Positions 43,978 through 53,390 of a stretch of 64,000 nucleotides of DNA are shown in pieces. The notes below the pieces were generated by a model that ran no database searches, had not been told where the DNA came from, and worked only from the letters and a program-made list of their open reading frames with translations. The stretch is from an uncultured Bacteroidales bacterium. Its GTDB lineage: Bacteria; Bacteroidota; Bacteroidia; Bacteroidales; Bacteroidaceae. The stretch's first letter is position 1, and each line of letters begins with the position of its first letter. The stretch is taken from assembly GCA_902776455.1 (NCBI GenBank), contig CACYQI010000026.1, positions 5,686 through 69,685 of the forward strand, read 5' to 3'. A program made the translations under genes and the position numbers.

Positions 43978-46224
43978 CTACCATTTGATGCTGACTTTCA
44001 CGCCTTCGGGCTTGTTCTCGAAGCGGAGGTGCAGCAGGCGGTCCTTGCCGTCCCATTGGGTTTCGTAGGTATCGGCGCCGACGGTGATTTCCTTCGGCTC
44101 GTGGGGCAACAGAATGGCCATCACGTTGTCGGTGTTGGCGGGACTCTTGGCTGTAAAAGCATAGCGATGCTTCTCCACGAGTTCCTCTTCCTGGCGCGAA
44201 GCTGCGGCCAGCACCTGCGGACGCTTGCTGTGCTTCACCTTCCCGAGGTCAATAAGGAAAGTCTGTTCGCCGGGACGAACCATCTTCCCCGGCAGGCAGG
44301 GCAGGGTAGGGTCGAAGAGGTCGAGGAAGCGCCCTTCGAGGATGAGCGGCTCGTTGCTCACGACGCCTTCATCTACGACAGAGGCAATCAGATAATGTCC
44401 TCGCCTGAGCAGGAAGTTGTTCTTCTCTTCGAGCTTGCCGTAGGCGTTGCCAAGCGTCTGCATCAGCCTGCTATCGCCGCCTTCGTTCATGGCGAACTCC
44501 TTCGGGTCTTGCCGTAGAATATAGACGCGCCCCTTGCCGCAGCGATACTCGCCCTCGGCGGCCTTCCTCTCCATGCCCATCAGCTCGAACAGATGCTCCG
44601 AGGGGGCCTTGTAGCCGCTCTCCGTCCACCATTCCTTGATGTTCTGGAAGGCATCGTCGTCGCGACTGCAATAGATGAGCCGTCCTCCTTTCCTGACCCA
44701 TCGGGCAATGTCTTCGTGTGCCTTCGGGTCGAGCGGTTTCATGGCCGAATAGGAGAGGAGCAGCACCTTGAGCCCCGTCCATGTGTCGGCATAGCCTGTG
44801 TTTTCCAAGTGCGTGATACTGACAGGGATGCCTCGCTTCACCAGCGGAAGGGCCAGTCCGTAGAAGTTCGAGAGTTGCGGGTCGTCGTAGCCCTCGACGG
44901 GATGTGGCGAGCGCTGGAACATCAAGGAGTTCGCCATTGCTACGCTGACAGCCCGAGACCCTTCCAAACCTCCCTCCTTTTTAAGGGGCAAGGGGCAGGG
45001 GGCAAGGGGCAGGAGGATTGCTCTGGTAGTTGGTCTTCTCTTGCCCCTTGCCCCTTGCTCCTTGCCCCCTTTTGAGGGAGTAAGAGGGTCAGATGGCATC
45101 TCGTTCAACGCGTTGATCATCACCTGCATCTGCGTGGAATAGAAACGCGGTATGTGGGCACGTTCCTCGCTTCCGGCCGCGACGCGATAGAGACCTTCGT
45201 AGATGCGGTCGGGCCAAGGCATCACCTCGTAGTTGCCGATTTGTGGATAGAGCAACTGAGCCGTGAACGTGGCCTGATAGTTGCGGCGATAGTCCTCCCA
45301 GTCCTTGGCGCGGTCCTCGATGGGGTCGGTCAGGAAGAACATCTTCCGGCCGGTGGGTCGGGTCATCGACTCCATGCATCCGTATTCCAGGAAAGCCGTC
45401 TCGAAGACACGCTCGCGCGCGATACCATTATAATAATTAGGTTCGCGCGACGTGCCCGTCCAGACCTGCGCGATGTAGCCGTCGCAACTCTCCATCGAGG
45501 CAAGCGAGGCTTCGGGCGATACAATCTGCCACTGCGAATAGTTGAGCAGCGAGTGCGTCGGCACGTAGCACTTCACGTCCAGTCCCTTCTCCCGTCCGTA
45601 GGCCTTGGCGTAAGTGAAGGCCTCGTCCAAGGCACGGTAGTAGAGGTGGTACTTCAGCTTGTTCGAGAGGTAGGTGTTCTCGGCCGATTCGTGCTGAGGC
45701 CGCCAAGGGAAGCCGTAATACTCCTGCCACTCGCGCTTGAAGGCCTCGCTATAGCCGGCTCTTGCCCAGAACTCAGGCTCTTCCAGGAAGATAGCTTCGA
45801 TGCCTTGGTCTATGGCGGGACTGATGTGCTTCTCCTTGAAGTAAGCCAGATAGTTGCGCGTCGGGACGATGTAGGGCACGAGGTGTCCGTGCATGATGGT
45901 GTCGCCCCGCTGCGTCTTCTGCCCCTCGTCCATGTGCCAGCGGCCGTCCCACTTTCCGGTGAAGTAGTCCTGATACTGCCCCCAGGCGATGCCCGTCATG
46001 AAGTGCGTCGTGTAGTTGTGTTCGCGCCACGACTGCACGCGCTCGGCAAAGGAATGCCGTCGGTTGTCGTTCACGCCATAGACCATCACGGCATCCGAGC
46101 GGATGTCGGTTGTCGGCTTCCACGGCCCAGCGGTCTGGAACGTTGTCTTCTGTGCGTGGCAGGCTGCTCCGAAAAGGAACAGACAGCAGGCTATAGTGCT
46201 GACTTTCATTGATGTTTGCTTCAT
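43978..46224 (-). CDS. secreted hypothetical protein (possibly glycoside-hydrolase-like) carrying a 120-nt in-frame hairpin repeat
   Basis: The likely start is MKQTSMKVSTIACCLFLFGAACHAQ at 46224, 31 nt after a TATCTTTG box. I do not recognise the family. Confidence 0.45.
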   Translation of the reverse strand: MKQTSMKVSTIACCLFLFGAACHAQKTTFQTAGPWKPTTDIRSDAVMVYGVNDNRRHSFAERVQSWREHNYTTHFMTGIAWGQYQDYFTGKWDGRWHMDEGQKTQRGDTIMHGHLVPYIVPTRNYLAYFKEKHISPAIDQGIEAIFLEEPEFWARAGYSEAFKREWQEYYGFPWRPQHESAENTYLSNKLKYHLYYRALDEAFTYAKAYGREKGLDVKCYVPTHSLLNYSQWQIVSPEASLASMESCDGYIAQVWTGTSREPNYYNGIARERVFETAFLEYGCMESMTRPTGRKMFFLTDPIEDRAKDWEDYRRNYQATFTAQLLYPQIGNYEVMPWPDRIYEGLYRVAAGSEERAHIPRFYSTQMQVMINALNEMPSDPLTPSKGGKEQGARGKRRPTTRAILLPLAPCPLPLKKEGGLEGSRAVSVAMANSLMFQRSPHPVEGYDDPQLSNFYGLALPLVKRGIPVSITHLENTGYADTWTGLKVLLLSYSAMKPLDPKAHEDIARWVRKGGRLIYCSRDDDAFQNIKEWWTESGYKAPSEHLFELMGMERKAAEGEYRCGKGRVYILRQDPKEFAMNEGGDSRLMQTLGNAYGKLEEKNNFLLRRGHYLIASVVDEGVVSNEPLILEGRFLDLFDPTLPCLPGKMVRPGEQTFLIDLGKVKHSKRPQVLAAASRQEEELVEKHRYAFTAKSPANTDNVMAILLPHEPKEITVGADTYETQWDGKDRLLHLRFENKPEGVKVSIKW
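44969..45088. repeat. in-frame heptamer-word hairpin ((aaggggc)n vs (gcccctt)n) with an outer cctccctcc/gagggag stem
   Basis: Arms at 44983-45013 and 45038-45072. Translated on the minus strand as ...PSKGGKEQGARGKRRPTTRAILLPLAPCPLPLKKEGG... Confidence 0.85.
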
Positions 46225-46254
46225 GACTGACTTCGTAAATAACGTTTCGCTGCA

Positions 46255-46262
46255 CAAAGATA
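46255..46262 (-). promoter_or_regulatory. -7 box TATCTTTG for the 43978-46224 gene
   Basis: Plus strand reads caaagata, 31 nt upstream of ATG 46224. Confidence 0.65.
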
Positions 46263-46379
46263 AGCATTTTCCCTGAAATGGCAAGCGGTCGAAGCGAAAT
46301 AGTAGGCAGTTTTCCGTTGTATAGCTTTCCCAGAGAAATGCGCCTGAGGCGTGAGAGACCACAAGCGACCGAAACCCTT

Positions 46380-46500
46380 GTTCTGGCGGATTTGTAATCC
46401 GCCAGATGCGAATATAGGCATTTGAAATGCCGTAATTGGGGACATTAGGGGATTACAAATCCCCATACTCCTTGCGGTCGGATTGCAAATCCGACCGAAC
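46380..46500. mobile_element. MITE-like four-hairpin element (F family), copy 4
   Basis: gttctggcggatttgtaatccgccag ... ggcatttgaaatgcc ... ggggattacaaatcccc ... cggtcggattgcaaatccgaccgaac. Confidence 0.7.
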
Positions 46501-46705
46501 AGGGAGCTAAACTTGCTGTTTTGCCTCATTATATGAACTTCAATACTTGAATGGCTATTTAGCTCAATTCCTTTTTATAACGTCAGTTGGCTTTTTGCCG
46601 AACAGCAACTTGGAAGGAGAAGAGCAAGACATGTGTTGGAAAAATCCTTACAGAAAAATAAGTCTCTACGTGGACTTTTGCGCGACTCCCCGCGGGGTGT
46701 CTGCT

Positions 46706-46765
46706 GACGCTCCACGTTGTGTAAGCCGATACTCCACGTTGCATCGGTCGAAACTCCACGTAGCG
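46706..46765. repeat. A-family units (reverse orientation)
   Basis: gacgctccacgttgtgtaagccgatactccacgttgcatcgg... Confidence 0.75.
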
Positions 46766-46834
46766 TCCACCATCCCTTCATGCCGTTTTCGAGCAAGAAA
46801 TATGCGGGATTTGTCTTTGCGACAAACCCCGCAT

Positions 46835-46993
46835 ACACTTTCTTAACTAAGTTCCGAAAATCACGCCCTTGTAAAGCATTGACAATCAGCAGCTATTCGA
46901 TTTAAGGCCATTTCTCGCATCGGAGGCTCCAAAGTGCCACAGAGCCGAAAAAAGGCCGTCAGAAAGCGTGCGATTGCGAATTACTTTGACAAA
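46835..46993 (-). repeat. 159-bp dispersed element (X family), copy 3 (reverse orientation)
   Basis: The reverse complement is colinear with copies 1 and 2 (tttgtcaaagtaattcgcaat...gttaagaaagtgt). Confidence 0.8.
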
Positions 46994-47014
46994 CGCACGC
47001 TTCTTCCGGAACGG

Positions 47015-47887
47015 TTACTTCTTCTTTGCGGCAGCTTTCTTCTGCGTGGTCGGAACCGTAGAAACAGCTGGCTTGTAGTAACTCAAAGCCTCTGGCATGC
47101 GTTTCTGCAGTTCAGCCAGTCGCTTCTCGTCGGAGGGGTGGTCGCTGAAGATTTCGCTCTTCGTGCTGCCCCCTTGTTGAGCCATGCGTTGCCAGAAGGG
47201 GATGGCAAGCTGCGGGTCGTAGCCGGCCATGGCAGCGAAGATGAGGCCAAGCCGGTCGGCTTCCGTCTCGTTGTCGCGCGAATACTTGAGGTTGGCGAAG
47301 TTGAAGCCCGTCTGTGCCACCATGTCGATGAGCTGGATGGTGCTACTCGATATGCCTTTCGACTTCGCAACCGATGCCAGTACCGAGCCGCCTATCTGGG
47401 AGGCGTACTGCTGCCGCGTCTGCTTCGAGAGCTGTTCGGCAGAGTGCTTGGCCACAGCATGCGCTATCTCGTGTCCGAGCACAATGGCAAGGCTCGTTTC
47501 GTCCTGTGTAACAGGAAGTAAGCCTTCATAGACTACGATTTTTCCGCCAGGCATGCAGAAGGCGTTGATCTCGTTGCTTGCCACGAGATTGAACTCCCAT
47601 TGGAAGTTCTGCACCTCGTTGGCGTAGCCGTTGTTCTTGAGGAAATTCTCGACGGCCGAAGCGAGTCGCTGTCCCACACGCTTCACGAGAGCCGTGTTCG
47701 TCTGGTTTGTTGAGACCTTTGCGCTTTGCATGTACTCCTGATACTGCTGGGTGCTGAGTCCGAGAATCTGTGCGTCATCGACGAGCAAATGCGTCTTGCG
47801 TCCCGTGATGGGCACGGTGTTGGTAGTGCCGCATGCGGTTGCAAGCAGTGCAAGTGCGGCAATGAGCGTTGTTTTGATTACTTTCAT
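47015..47887 (-). CDS. M48 family zinc metallopeptidase lipoprotein
   Basis: Lipobox LLATAC and the HEIAHAVAKH (HExxH) motif. Confidence 0.85.
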   Translation of the reverse strand: MKVIKTTLIAALALLATACGTTNTVPITGRKTHLLVDDAQILGLSTQQYQEYMQSAKVSTNQTNTALVKRVGQRLASAVENFLKNNGYANEVQNFQWEFNLVASNEINAFCMPGGKIVVYEGLLPVTQDETSLAIVLGHEIAHAVAKHSAEQLSKQTRQQYASQIGGSVLASVAKSKGISSSTIQLIDMVAQTGFNFANLKYSRDNETEADRLGLIFAAMAGYDPQLAIPFWQRMAQQGGSTKSEIFSDHPSDEKRLAELQKRMPEALSYYKPAVSTVPTTQKKAAAKKK

Positions 47888-47974
47888 AGGGATTTATTAA
47901 ATTGAATATTGATAATTGAATACTGAAAGTTGCTTCGCTTGAGCTATGGTTGTGAGTTCGACTGAATGTGTGTA

Positions 47975-47982
47975 CAAAGTTA
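47975..47982 (-). promoter_or_regulatory. -7 box TAACTTTG for the M48 peptidase gene
   Basis: Plus strand reads caaagtta, 88 nt upstream of the ATG. Confidence 0.5.
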
Positions 47983-48049
47983 CGGAAAAATTCTTTATGA
48001 CAGATGATAAGTAGCTGCTTTTTTTCGAACGAAGTTCAAAGATTGGGCA

Positions 48050-48658
48050 TTAAGGCTTCTTGAAGGTCCAGACCTGTTCGCCCTGGAAGGTTTGGATGTG
48101 GAGGGCGATGGAGTCGGCGAAGGGGATTGCCTTGAGGTTGTCTGTAGGGAGGCTGGCATAGACGGTCTGGGTGTAGGAGAGCGGGTCGTCGTTTTGGCGG
48201 TGATGAAGGCTGATGTGTAAGGTTCTGCCCCGTAGTCTGCCGATGCGGTAGCCCCAGTATTGCTTGCCTCCTTGCGTGAGGGGAGAGAGGTGCATGTTGA
48301 TGTATCGGCCTGATTGCCAGACGCTCGTCACTTTGATAGGGTCGGGGTCGAAGGCGAGAGCGGTGGAGTCGTGCAGCAGGTAGGCTCCCGTCAGTTGATA
48401 GAGGGTAGCGGTCTGTCCGTCGGGGACGTAGCCGCAGACGACGCGATACATGACCTCTTTCTCGAACCCCGACTGCGGATTGCTGATGGTGTAGGTGCGG
48501 CCGGCATCGGTCGTCAGCTCCGTCAACGTGCCGGAAGCATCGGTGAGTATCGTGGCAAACTCAGTCACAACATTGGGATAGAGGTCCGAAGTGTCGTCAC
48601 TACCCTTGCAACACGAGAGGAGACAAACGGCGAACAATAAGATATACTTGACCTTCAT
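48050..48658 (-). CDS. NigD-like lipoprotein (tentative)
   Basis: The likely start is MKVKYILLFAVCLLSCC at 48658. Size and N-terminal pattern resemble the Bacteroidota NigD family (from memory). Confidence 0.45.
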   Translation of the reverse strand: MKVKYILLFAVCLLSCCKGSDDTSDLYPNVVTEFATILTDASGTLTELTTDAGRTYTISNPQSGFEKEVMYRVVCGYVPDGQTATLYQLTGAYLLHDSTALAFDPDPIKVTSVWQSGRYINMHLSPLTQGGKQYWGYRIGRLRGRTLHISLHHRQNDDPLSYTQTVYASLPTDNLKAIPFADSIALHIQTFQGEQVWTFKKP

Positions 48659-48683
48659 AAACAGATGAACTGATTTTTTCTTT

Positions 48684-48807
48684 AACCACAGATTTAACGG
48701 ATTCAACGGATTTGTTCTTCACGCATACCTTAATCTGAGAAATTCCTTAAGCAATTAAACGGATTGTTTGCTGACTTGAATCAGCTTAATCCGATTAATC
48801 TGTGGTT
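48684..48807. repeat. 20-nt inverted repeat aaccacagatttaacggatt / aatccgattaatctgtggtt (aacggatt word family)
   Basis: The arms are 84 nt apart, between the NigD-like start and the acyltransferase stop. Confidence 0.8.
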
Positions 48808-48822
48808 TATTTGTAATACCTA

Positions 48823-50028
48823 TTATTTAGTTTCTATTGCTTTCTGTTTGTTGACGACTGGGTTGGCGTACATCGTGAGAATGCGTTCCCTGAGGAAGTC
48901 TTCGTCCTTGTTCGCTATCTGCACGAGGTCTATGCGGCTCTGCAGGTAGGTTTCGAAGGTCTTCTTCTCCTCTTCGCTGTACTTGTCGGCAAAGGCTGAC
49001 GTGCCGCTGAGCAGGTCGGCTGCTACGTAGTTGCCCGGGAAGAGCTGATAGCCGGCATGAATCTGCTGGTCGATGCGGCGGGCCACCTCTGCAAAGACTT
49101 CCGTCTTAGGCAGTTCCGATAGTTCGTCGAGCCAGGTGTTGATGCAGGGACGGGCTTCGTAGTGGATGCGTCCTTTCTGTCCGAAGATGCCTGTCTTCAT
49201 GTTGTCCAGATCGTCCTGCTTGCTCTTCTTGAACGATGGGTTGTCGCGCTTCAGCTGGAACTCCTGGGCTTTGAGGTAGTCGCAGGGGTCGTACTCGTAG
49301 CTGATGCTGAGCGGCACGATGTGGAGATCCTTGAGGCGTTCCACGATGCTCCCTTCTCCGGCCATCGCAAACATCTTAAGCAGAGAGTCTTGCGTCTGGT
49401 CGCTGCTGTCCTTGGCTCTGCCTTCGCGTTGTGCTATCCAGATGTTTTCGTGCTTCTCGTTGATGGCGTGGTGCATGTAGCGGCTCATGGTCTGACTGCT
49501 TTCGAGGAGTTCCCTCGGACTGAGTCCCCTTTTGACCGTGAAGGCTTTGTTGAGTTTGACGAGCGTCTTAATCCAGGGGTAGATGAGCAGGTTGTCGCCG
49601 ATGGCTATCTCGCAGGTCGTGGGGAAGCCGTTTTCGAGCAGCAGGAGGTCGAGAATGGCGCTGTCGAGCACGATGTCACGATGGTTGCTGATGAAGGTGT
49701 AGCGTACCGGTCCGGGGGCAATACCGCTGTAGGAGAGGCTGTACCCTGTGCTGCATTTCTTTAGGATGCGCTTCAGTACGGGCTTGATGAAACGCAGTTG
49801 GAACTGCAGGGGCGTGTTGACACCAACAAATGCCAAACGTATCAAGCCGTTACGCATCCATTTCGGCATCCAGGGCACGAAGCCCCTGAGCAGATGCGAG
49901 AACTGTCTGTCGGCAAGCAAGCTCTCAACGGCCTGCTTCACTTCGCCCGCCGCGTAGGGACGGATTTCGTCGAAAGACCCCCCATCCCCCTTTAGGGGGA
50001 GGCATTCATTACATTTGGATTCTGACAT
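48823..50028 (-). CDS. PlsC-type glycerolipid acyltransferase
   Basis: NHRDIVLD (Hx4D) motif. The first 18 codons (MSESKCNECLPLKGDGGS) are encoded by a palindromic repeat. Confidence 0.75.
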   Translation of the reverse strand: MSESKCNECLPLKGDGGSFDEIRPYAAGEVKQAVESLLADRQFSHLLRGFVPWMPKWMRNGLIRLAFVGVNTPLQFQLRFIKPVLKRILKKCSTGYSLSYSGIAPGPVRYTFISNHRDIVLDSAILDLLLLENGFPTTCEIAIGDNLLIYPWIKTLVKLNKAFTVKRGLSPRELLESSQTMSRYMHHAINEKHENIWIAQREGRAKDSSDQTQDSLLKMFAMAGEGSIVERLKDLHIVPLSISYEYDPCDYLKAQEFQLKRDNPSFKKSKQDDLDNMKTGIFGQKGRIHYEARPCINTWLDELSELPKTEVFAEVARRIDQQIHAGYQLFPGNYVAADLLSGTSAFADKYSEEEKKTFETYLQSRIDLVQIANKDEDFLRERILTMYANPVVNKQKAIETK

Positions 50029-50083
50029 AATGCTACGAATGTTTTACATTATAAGTTCCCCCTAAAGGGGGGGGTAGGGGGTC
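49976..50083. repeat. 108-nt palindromic element spanning the ddl stop and the acyltransferase start
   Basis: Arms gaccccccatccccctttagggggagg and ttccccctaaaggggggggtagggggtc, each itself a hairpin. ATG 50028 and stop 50062 both lie inside the element. Confidence 0.85.
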
Positions 50084-51060
50084 AGTTTGTCCTCAATGAT
50101 ATCCGTCATCACATCCTTTATGTCCAGGCCTGCTGCACGGACTTGCTGCGGGATGAAGCTCGTGGCGGTCATGCCCGGCGTGGTGTTTATCTCGAGGAGG
50201 TTGATTTTCTCGCCTTCGGTGATGATGTAGTCGATGCGTATGATGCCGTGACAGCCCAGCAGGTCGTAAATCATGGACGTCAGCTTCGAGACGCGCTCGG
50301 CAAGGTGCTGGCTGATGCGGGCTGGCGTTATCTCGTCGCTTTCGTTGTTGTACTTGGCCGCATAGTCGAAGAATTCGTTCTTCGACACCACTTCTGTGAT
50401 GGGGAAGACGACGCTCTTCTCCCTTGTCTTGTAGCAGCCGCAAGTCAGTTCGGTGCCGCCCATGAAGGCTTCCACCATGACGTCCTCGCCTTCCTTCAGA
50501 GCGAGGTTGATGGCAGGCCGCAGTTGCTCGATGGTTTTCACCTTCGTCGTGCCGAAGGAGGAACCGCCTCGGCTTGGCTTCACAAAGCAGGGCAGACCGA
50601 TGCGCTCCACGATGTCCTCGTCGCTGACCTCAGCTTCGTGACCTATCTTGACGAGTAGGCTGTCGGCCACCGACACGCCGAATGACCGCAGATAGTTGTT
50701 GAGCACGAACTTGTCGTAAGTCATAGCCTCGACGAGCACGCCGCAAGTGGAGTAGGGCATCCCGATGAGGTCGAAGTAGCCTTGCAGTTCGCCGTTCTCT
50801 CCCGGCGCTCCGTGAATGGTGATGTAGGCGAAGTCGGGATGGACCGCCTCGCCATTCACCATGAAGCTGAAATCGTCTCTGTTCACTTTGCTTCGGCTTC
50901 CGTCGGGAAGCAGAGCCTCCCACTTGCCTGCATGAATCTCCACCTTATATATATTATAACGTGCAGGGTCGATAAACGAGGCGATGCCCTCTGCACTTCG
51001 CATGCTAACGTCGTGTTCCGAGCTGTCGCCGCCACAAACTATTGCTACTGTCTTCTTCAT
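50062..51060 (-). CDS. ddl: D-alanine--D-alanine ligase
   Basis: 332 aa ATP-grasp protein: VAIVCGGDSSEHDVS, FVKPSRGGSSFG, EINTTPGMT. Confidence 0.9.
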   Translation of the reverse strand: MKKTVAIVCGGDSSEHDVSMRSAEGIASFIDPARYNIYKVEIHAGKWEALLPDGSRSKVNRDDFSFMVNGEAVHPDFAYITIHGAPGENGELQGYFDLIGMPYSTCGVLVEAMTYDKFVLNNYLRSFGVSVADSLLVKIGHEAEVSDEDIVERIGLPCFVKPSRGGSSFGTTKVKTIEQLRPAINLALKEGEDVMVEAFMGGTELTCGCYKTREKSVVFPITEVVSKNEFFDYAAKYNNESDEITPARISQHLAERVSKLTSMIYDLLGCHGIIRIDYIITEGEKINLLEINTTPGMTATSFIPQQVRAAGLDIKDVMTDIIEDKLTPYPPL

Positions 51061-51084
51061 ATAACAATTATTATTTTTCTTTTT

Positions 51085-51160
51085 AACAACGGATTGAACG
51101 GACTATACGGATTTTTCCTTTCAGTATGATACGTGCAGTTCATCCGTGCAATTCGTTGTT
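51085..51160. repeat. imperfect word hairpin (aacaacggattgaacggact / agttcatccgtgcaattcgttgtt) between rluD and ddl
   Basis: Same aacggatt word family as 48684-48807. Confidence 0.7.
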
Positions 51161-51195
51161 ATATATAAATTTAAACTCTATGTTTGTCATTCGTC

Positions 51196-52305
51196 TTAGT
51201 TTCTGTTTTTGCTGTATGCCCGCCACTTGTTCAGCAGGGCTTCGAAGTCCTCGGGCAGTTCGCTGGAGAAGAACATCTCCTTGCCAGTTGTGGGATGCAC
51301 GAAGCCGAGCGTCCTTGCATGAAGAGCTTGCCGCGGACACAGTTCCAAGCAGTTGTGGATGAACGCCTTGTAGGAAGCCGTCTGTTCTCCTCGGAGGATT
51401 TGGCAGCCGCCGTAGCGCTCATCGGCAAAGAGCGGATGTCCGATGTGCCGCATGTGAGCGCGAATCTGATGCGTGCGACCCGTTTCCAAGTGACACTCCA
51501 CGAGCGTGACAGGGCCGAAGCGTTCCAGCACCTTGTAGTGCGTGATGGCAGGCTTCCCCACTTCTCCGTCCATCGGATAGACGTCCATCTGCAGGCGATC
51601 CTTAGCGTGCCGACCAATGTTGCCCGTAATGGTGCCTTCATCATCGGCGAATGGTCCCCAAACGAGAGCATTATATTCGCGACGGGTTGTATGGTAGAAG
51701 AACTGCTTGCAGAGGTGTGTCTTAGCCTCCGCCGTCTTTGCTATGACCAGTAATCCGCTGGTGTCCTTGTCGATACGATGCACGAGGCCGACCGTCGGGT
51801 CGTTGGGGTCGAAGCCTTTGTCGTCGCGAAGATGCCAAGCGAGAGCGTTGACCAGCGTGCCGCTGTAGTTGCCGCAACCGGGATGAACCACAAGGCCTGC
51901 GGGCTTGTTGATGACGAGCAAGACGTTGTCCTCATAGACGACATCGAGCGGGATGTCCTCGGGAACGATTTCCCAGTCGCGCTTCGGATGGTCGAGCACA
52001 AGGGAGATGATGTCGCCGGGCTTCACCTTGTAGTTGCTCTTGACGGGTTTGTCGCCGGCACGGATGCTTCCAGCTTCAGCCGCTTTCTGTATGCGGTTGC
52101 GGCTCGTGCCGGGCATGTGGTCCATGAGGAACTTATCGACACGAACAGCTGTCTGCCCCTTGTCCACCTCTATGCGCCAATGTTCGAAGCCCTCCTCCAA
52201 CCTCTTCCCGAGGAGAGAGGCATCGTCGCTTAGCTCAGACGAAAAAGGAACCTCCAGAAGCTCGTCGTCAAGCTCATCATCAAGCAGTATGTCTTCCACG
52301 TTCAC
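51196..52305 (-). CDS. rluD: RluA-family 23S rRNA pseudouridine synthase (RluD-like)
   Basis: S4-like N-terminus and HRIDKDTSGLLVIAKT catalytic block. GTG start. Confidence 0.85.
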   Translation of the reverse strand: MNVEDILLDDELDDELLEVPFSSELSDDASLLGKRLEEGFEHWRIEVDKGQTAVRVDKFLMDHMPGTSRNRIQKAAEAGSIRAGDKPVKSNYKVKPGDIISLVLDHPKRDWEIVPEDIPLDVVYEDNVLLVINKPAGLVVHPGCGNYSGTLVNALAWHLRDDKGFDPNDPTVGLVHRIDKDTSGLLVIAKTAEAKTHLCKQFFYHTTRREYNALVWGPFADDEGTITGNIGRHAKDRLQMDVYPMDGEVGKPAITHYKVLERFGPVTLVECHLETGRTHQIRAHMRHIGHPLFADERYGGCQILRGEQTASYKAFIHNCLELCPRQALHARTLGFVHPTTGKEMFFSSELPEDFEALLNKWRAYSKNRN

Positions 52306-52330
52306 ACTCTTACTTTATTCAACTTTCAGC

Positions 52331-52433
52331 CTCTCCTCATCCCTCCCCTAAAAGGAAGGAGGTAAGTCTCTCCATCCCTCCCCTAAAGTGAAGGGGGTAA
52401 GTCTCTCCCTTTAGGGGGAGATATAGAGGAGGC
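52331..52433. repeat. cluster of three degenerate GC-rich palindromes (tccctcccctaaa...ggagg; ctctccctttagggggag)
   Basis: B-family words between the PASTA gene and rluD. Confidence 0.7.
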
Positions 52434-52515
52434 TTTCAATTTTCAACTTTCAATTTTCAATTCCCTCCCCTTTCAATTTTCAACTTTCAATTTTCAACTT
52501 TCAATTTTCAACTTT
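52434..52515. repeat. octamer tandem array (tttcaatt/ttcaactt, G family) abutting the PASTA-gene stop codon
   Basis: About 9 units in two blocks separated by ccctcccc. Confidence 0.85.
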
Positions 52516-53160
52516 TTAGAGTTCCTCTTCGTATCCGTCCATCACATCCGAGTTGTCGCCTAACGAATCGCCCCAGAGCACATCGAAATCATCTTCGGTA
52601 TTACTGATGTCGCTGTTGCCCACCACGATGACTACGGGAGCATCGCACGGCACACGCTCGCCGGTATAGACCTCGCGCCCATTCACTTTGAGAGCAATCA
52701 CCCAATCGGGGTCGCCGGGGACGAACTCTATGGGACCAATTTTAAAGCCAAGCGACCGCAGACGTGCCTCTGCTTCCCGTCGCGAACAGTTGCCTGCTAT
52801 GTCGGGTATCGTGTTGGTGGGTGTCTGCTTCTGATTGATAGTCAGATAGATTTCCCGCCCCGACTTCACTCGGTTGCCGACGCCTGGAGTCTGTTCCAGC
52901 ACTATGCCTGCGGGCTGCTGACGGACGTATGCCGAGTCCACTACGACCGCAAGCAGTTCGAGCTTCTCCAGCTCGTACTCGGCGTCGCTGAGCATCATGC
53001 CCTTCACTTCGGGCACTTCCACGCTTTCACCATGCATGGTGTAGCCCGTCATCCACATCCACAGTCCTATGCATAAGGCTATGCCGACAAGCACCATCGC
53101 TATGAGGTTCCAATAGACAACGGGGCTGAACAGCTTCTTCTTGAATCCTTCCCAAGCCAT
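52516..53160 (-). CDS. PASTA domain-containing membrane protein
   Basis: N-terminal TM helix followed by three about 65-aa repeats, each starting VPEVKG/IPDIAG-like. Confidence 0.7.
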   Translation of the reverse strand: MAWEGFKKKLFSPVVYWNLIAMVLVGIALCIGLWMWMTGYTMHGESVEVPEVKGMMLSDAEYELEKLELLAVVVDSAYVRQQPAGIVLEQTPGVGNRVKSGREIYLTINQKQTPTNTIPDIAGNCSRREAEARLRSLGFKIGPIEFVPGDPDWVIALKVNGREVYTGERVPCDAPVVIVVGNSDISNTEDDFDVLWGDSLGDNSDVMDGYEEEL

Positions 53161-53187
53161 AATCGTTCTTTTTTATATATTTGCGCA

Positions 53188-53195
53188 CAAAGATA
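53188..53195 (-). promoter_or_regulatory. -7 box TATCTTTG for the PASTA-rluD-ddl-acyltransferase gene string
   Basis: Plus strand reads caaagata, 28 nt upstream of ATG 53160. Confidence 0.65.
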
Positions 53196-53390
53196 CAAAT
53201 TATTTATGGATTAGAGGCTATGGATGAACGATTATTTCTTTTCTTTGCTCAAAAAAAGTAAAAGGAGAGTGTTCGGGTTTTATTATTGTTCTTCAAGTGT
53301 CGCATGTAGGCAACCTGCAAATCAAAGCCATAAAGTCACAAAGTAATCTTCCAGCCTGAAAAGGCACAACGGTCTTGGTGGTTAGCTAAT

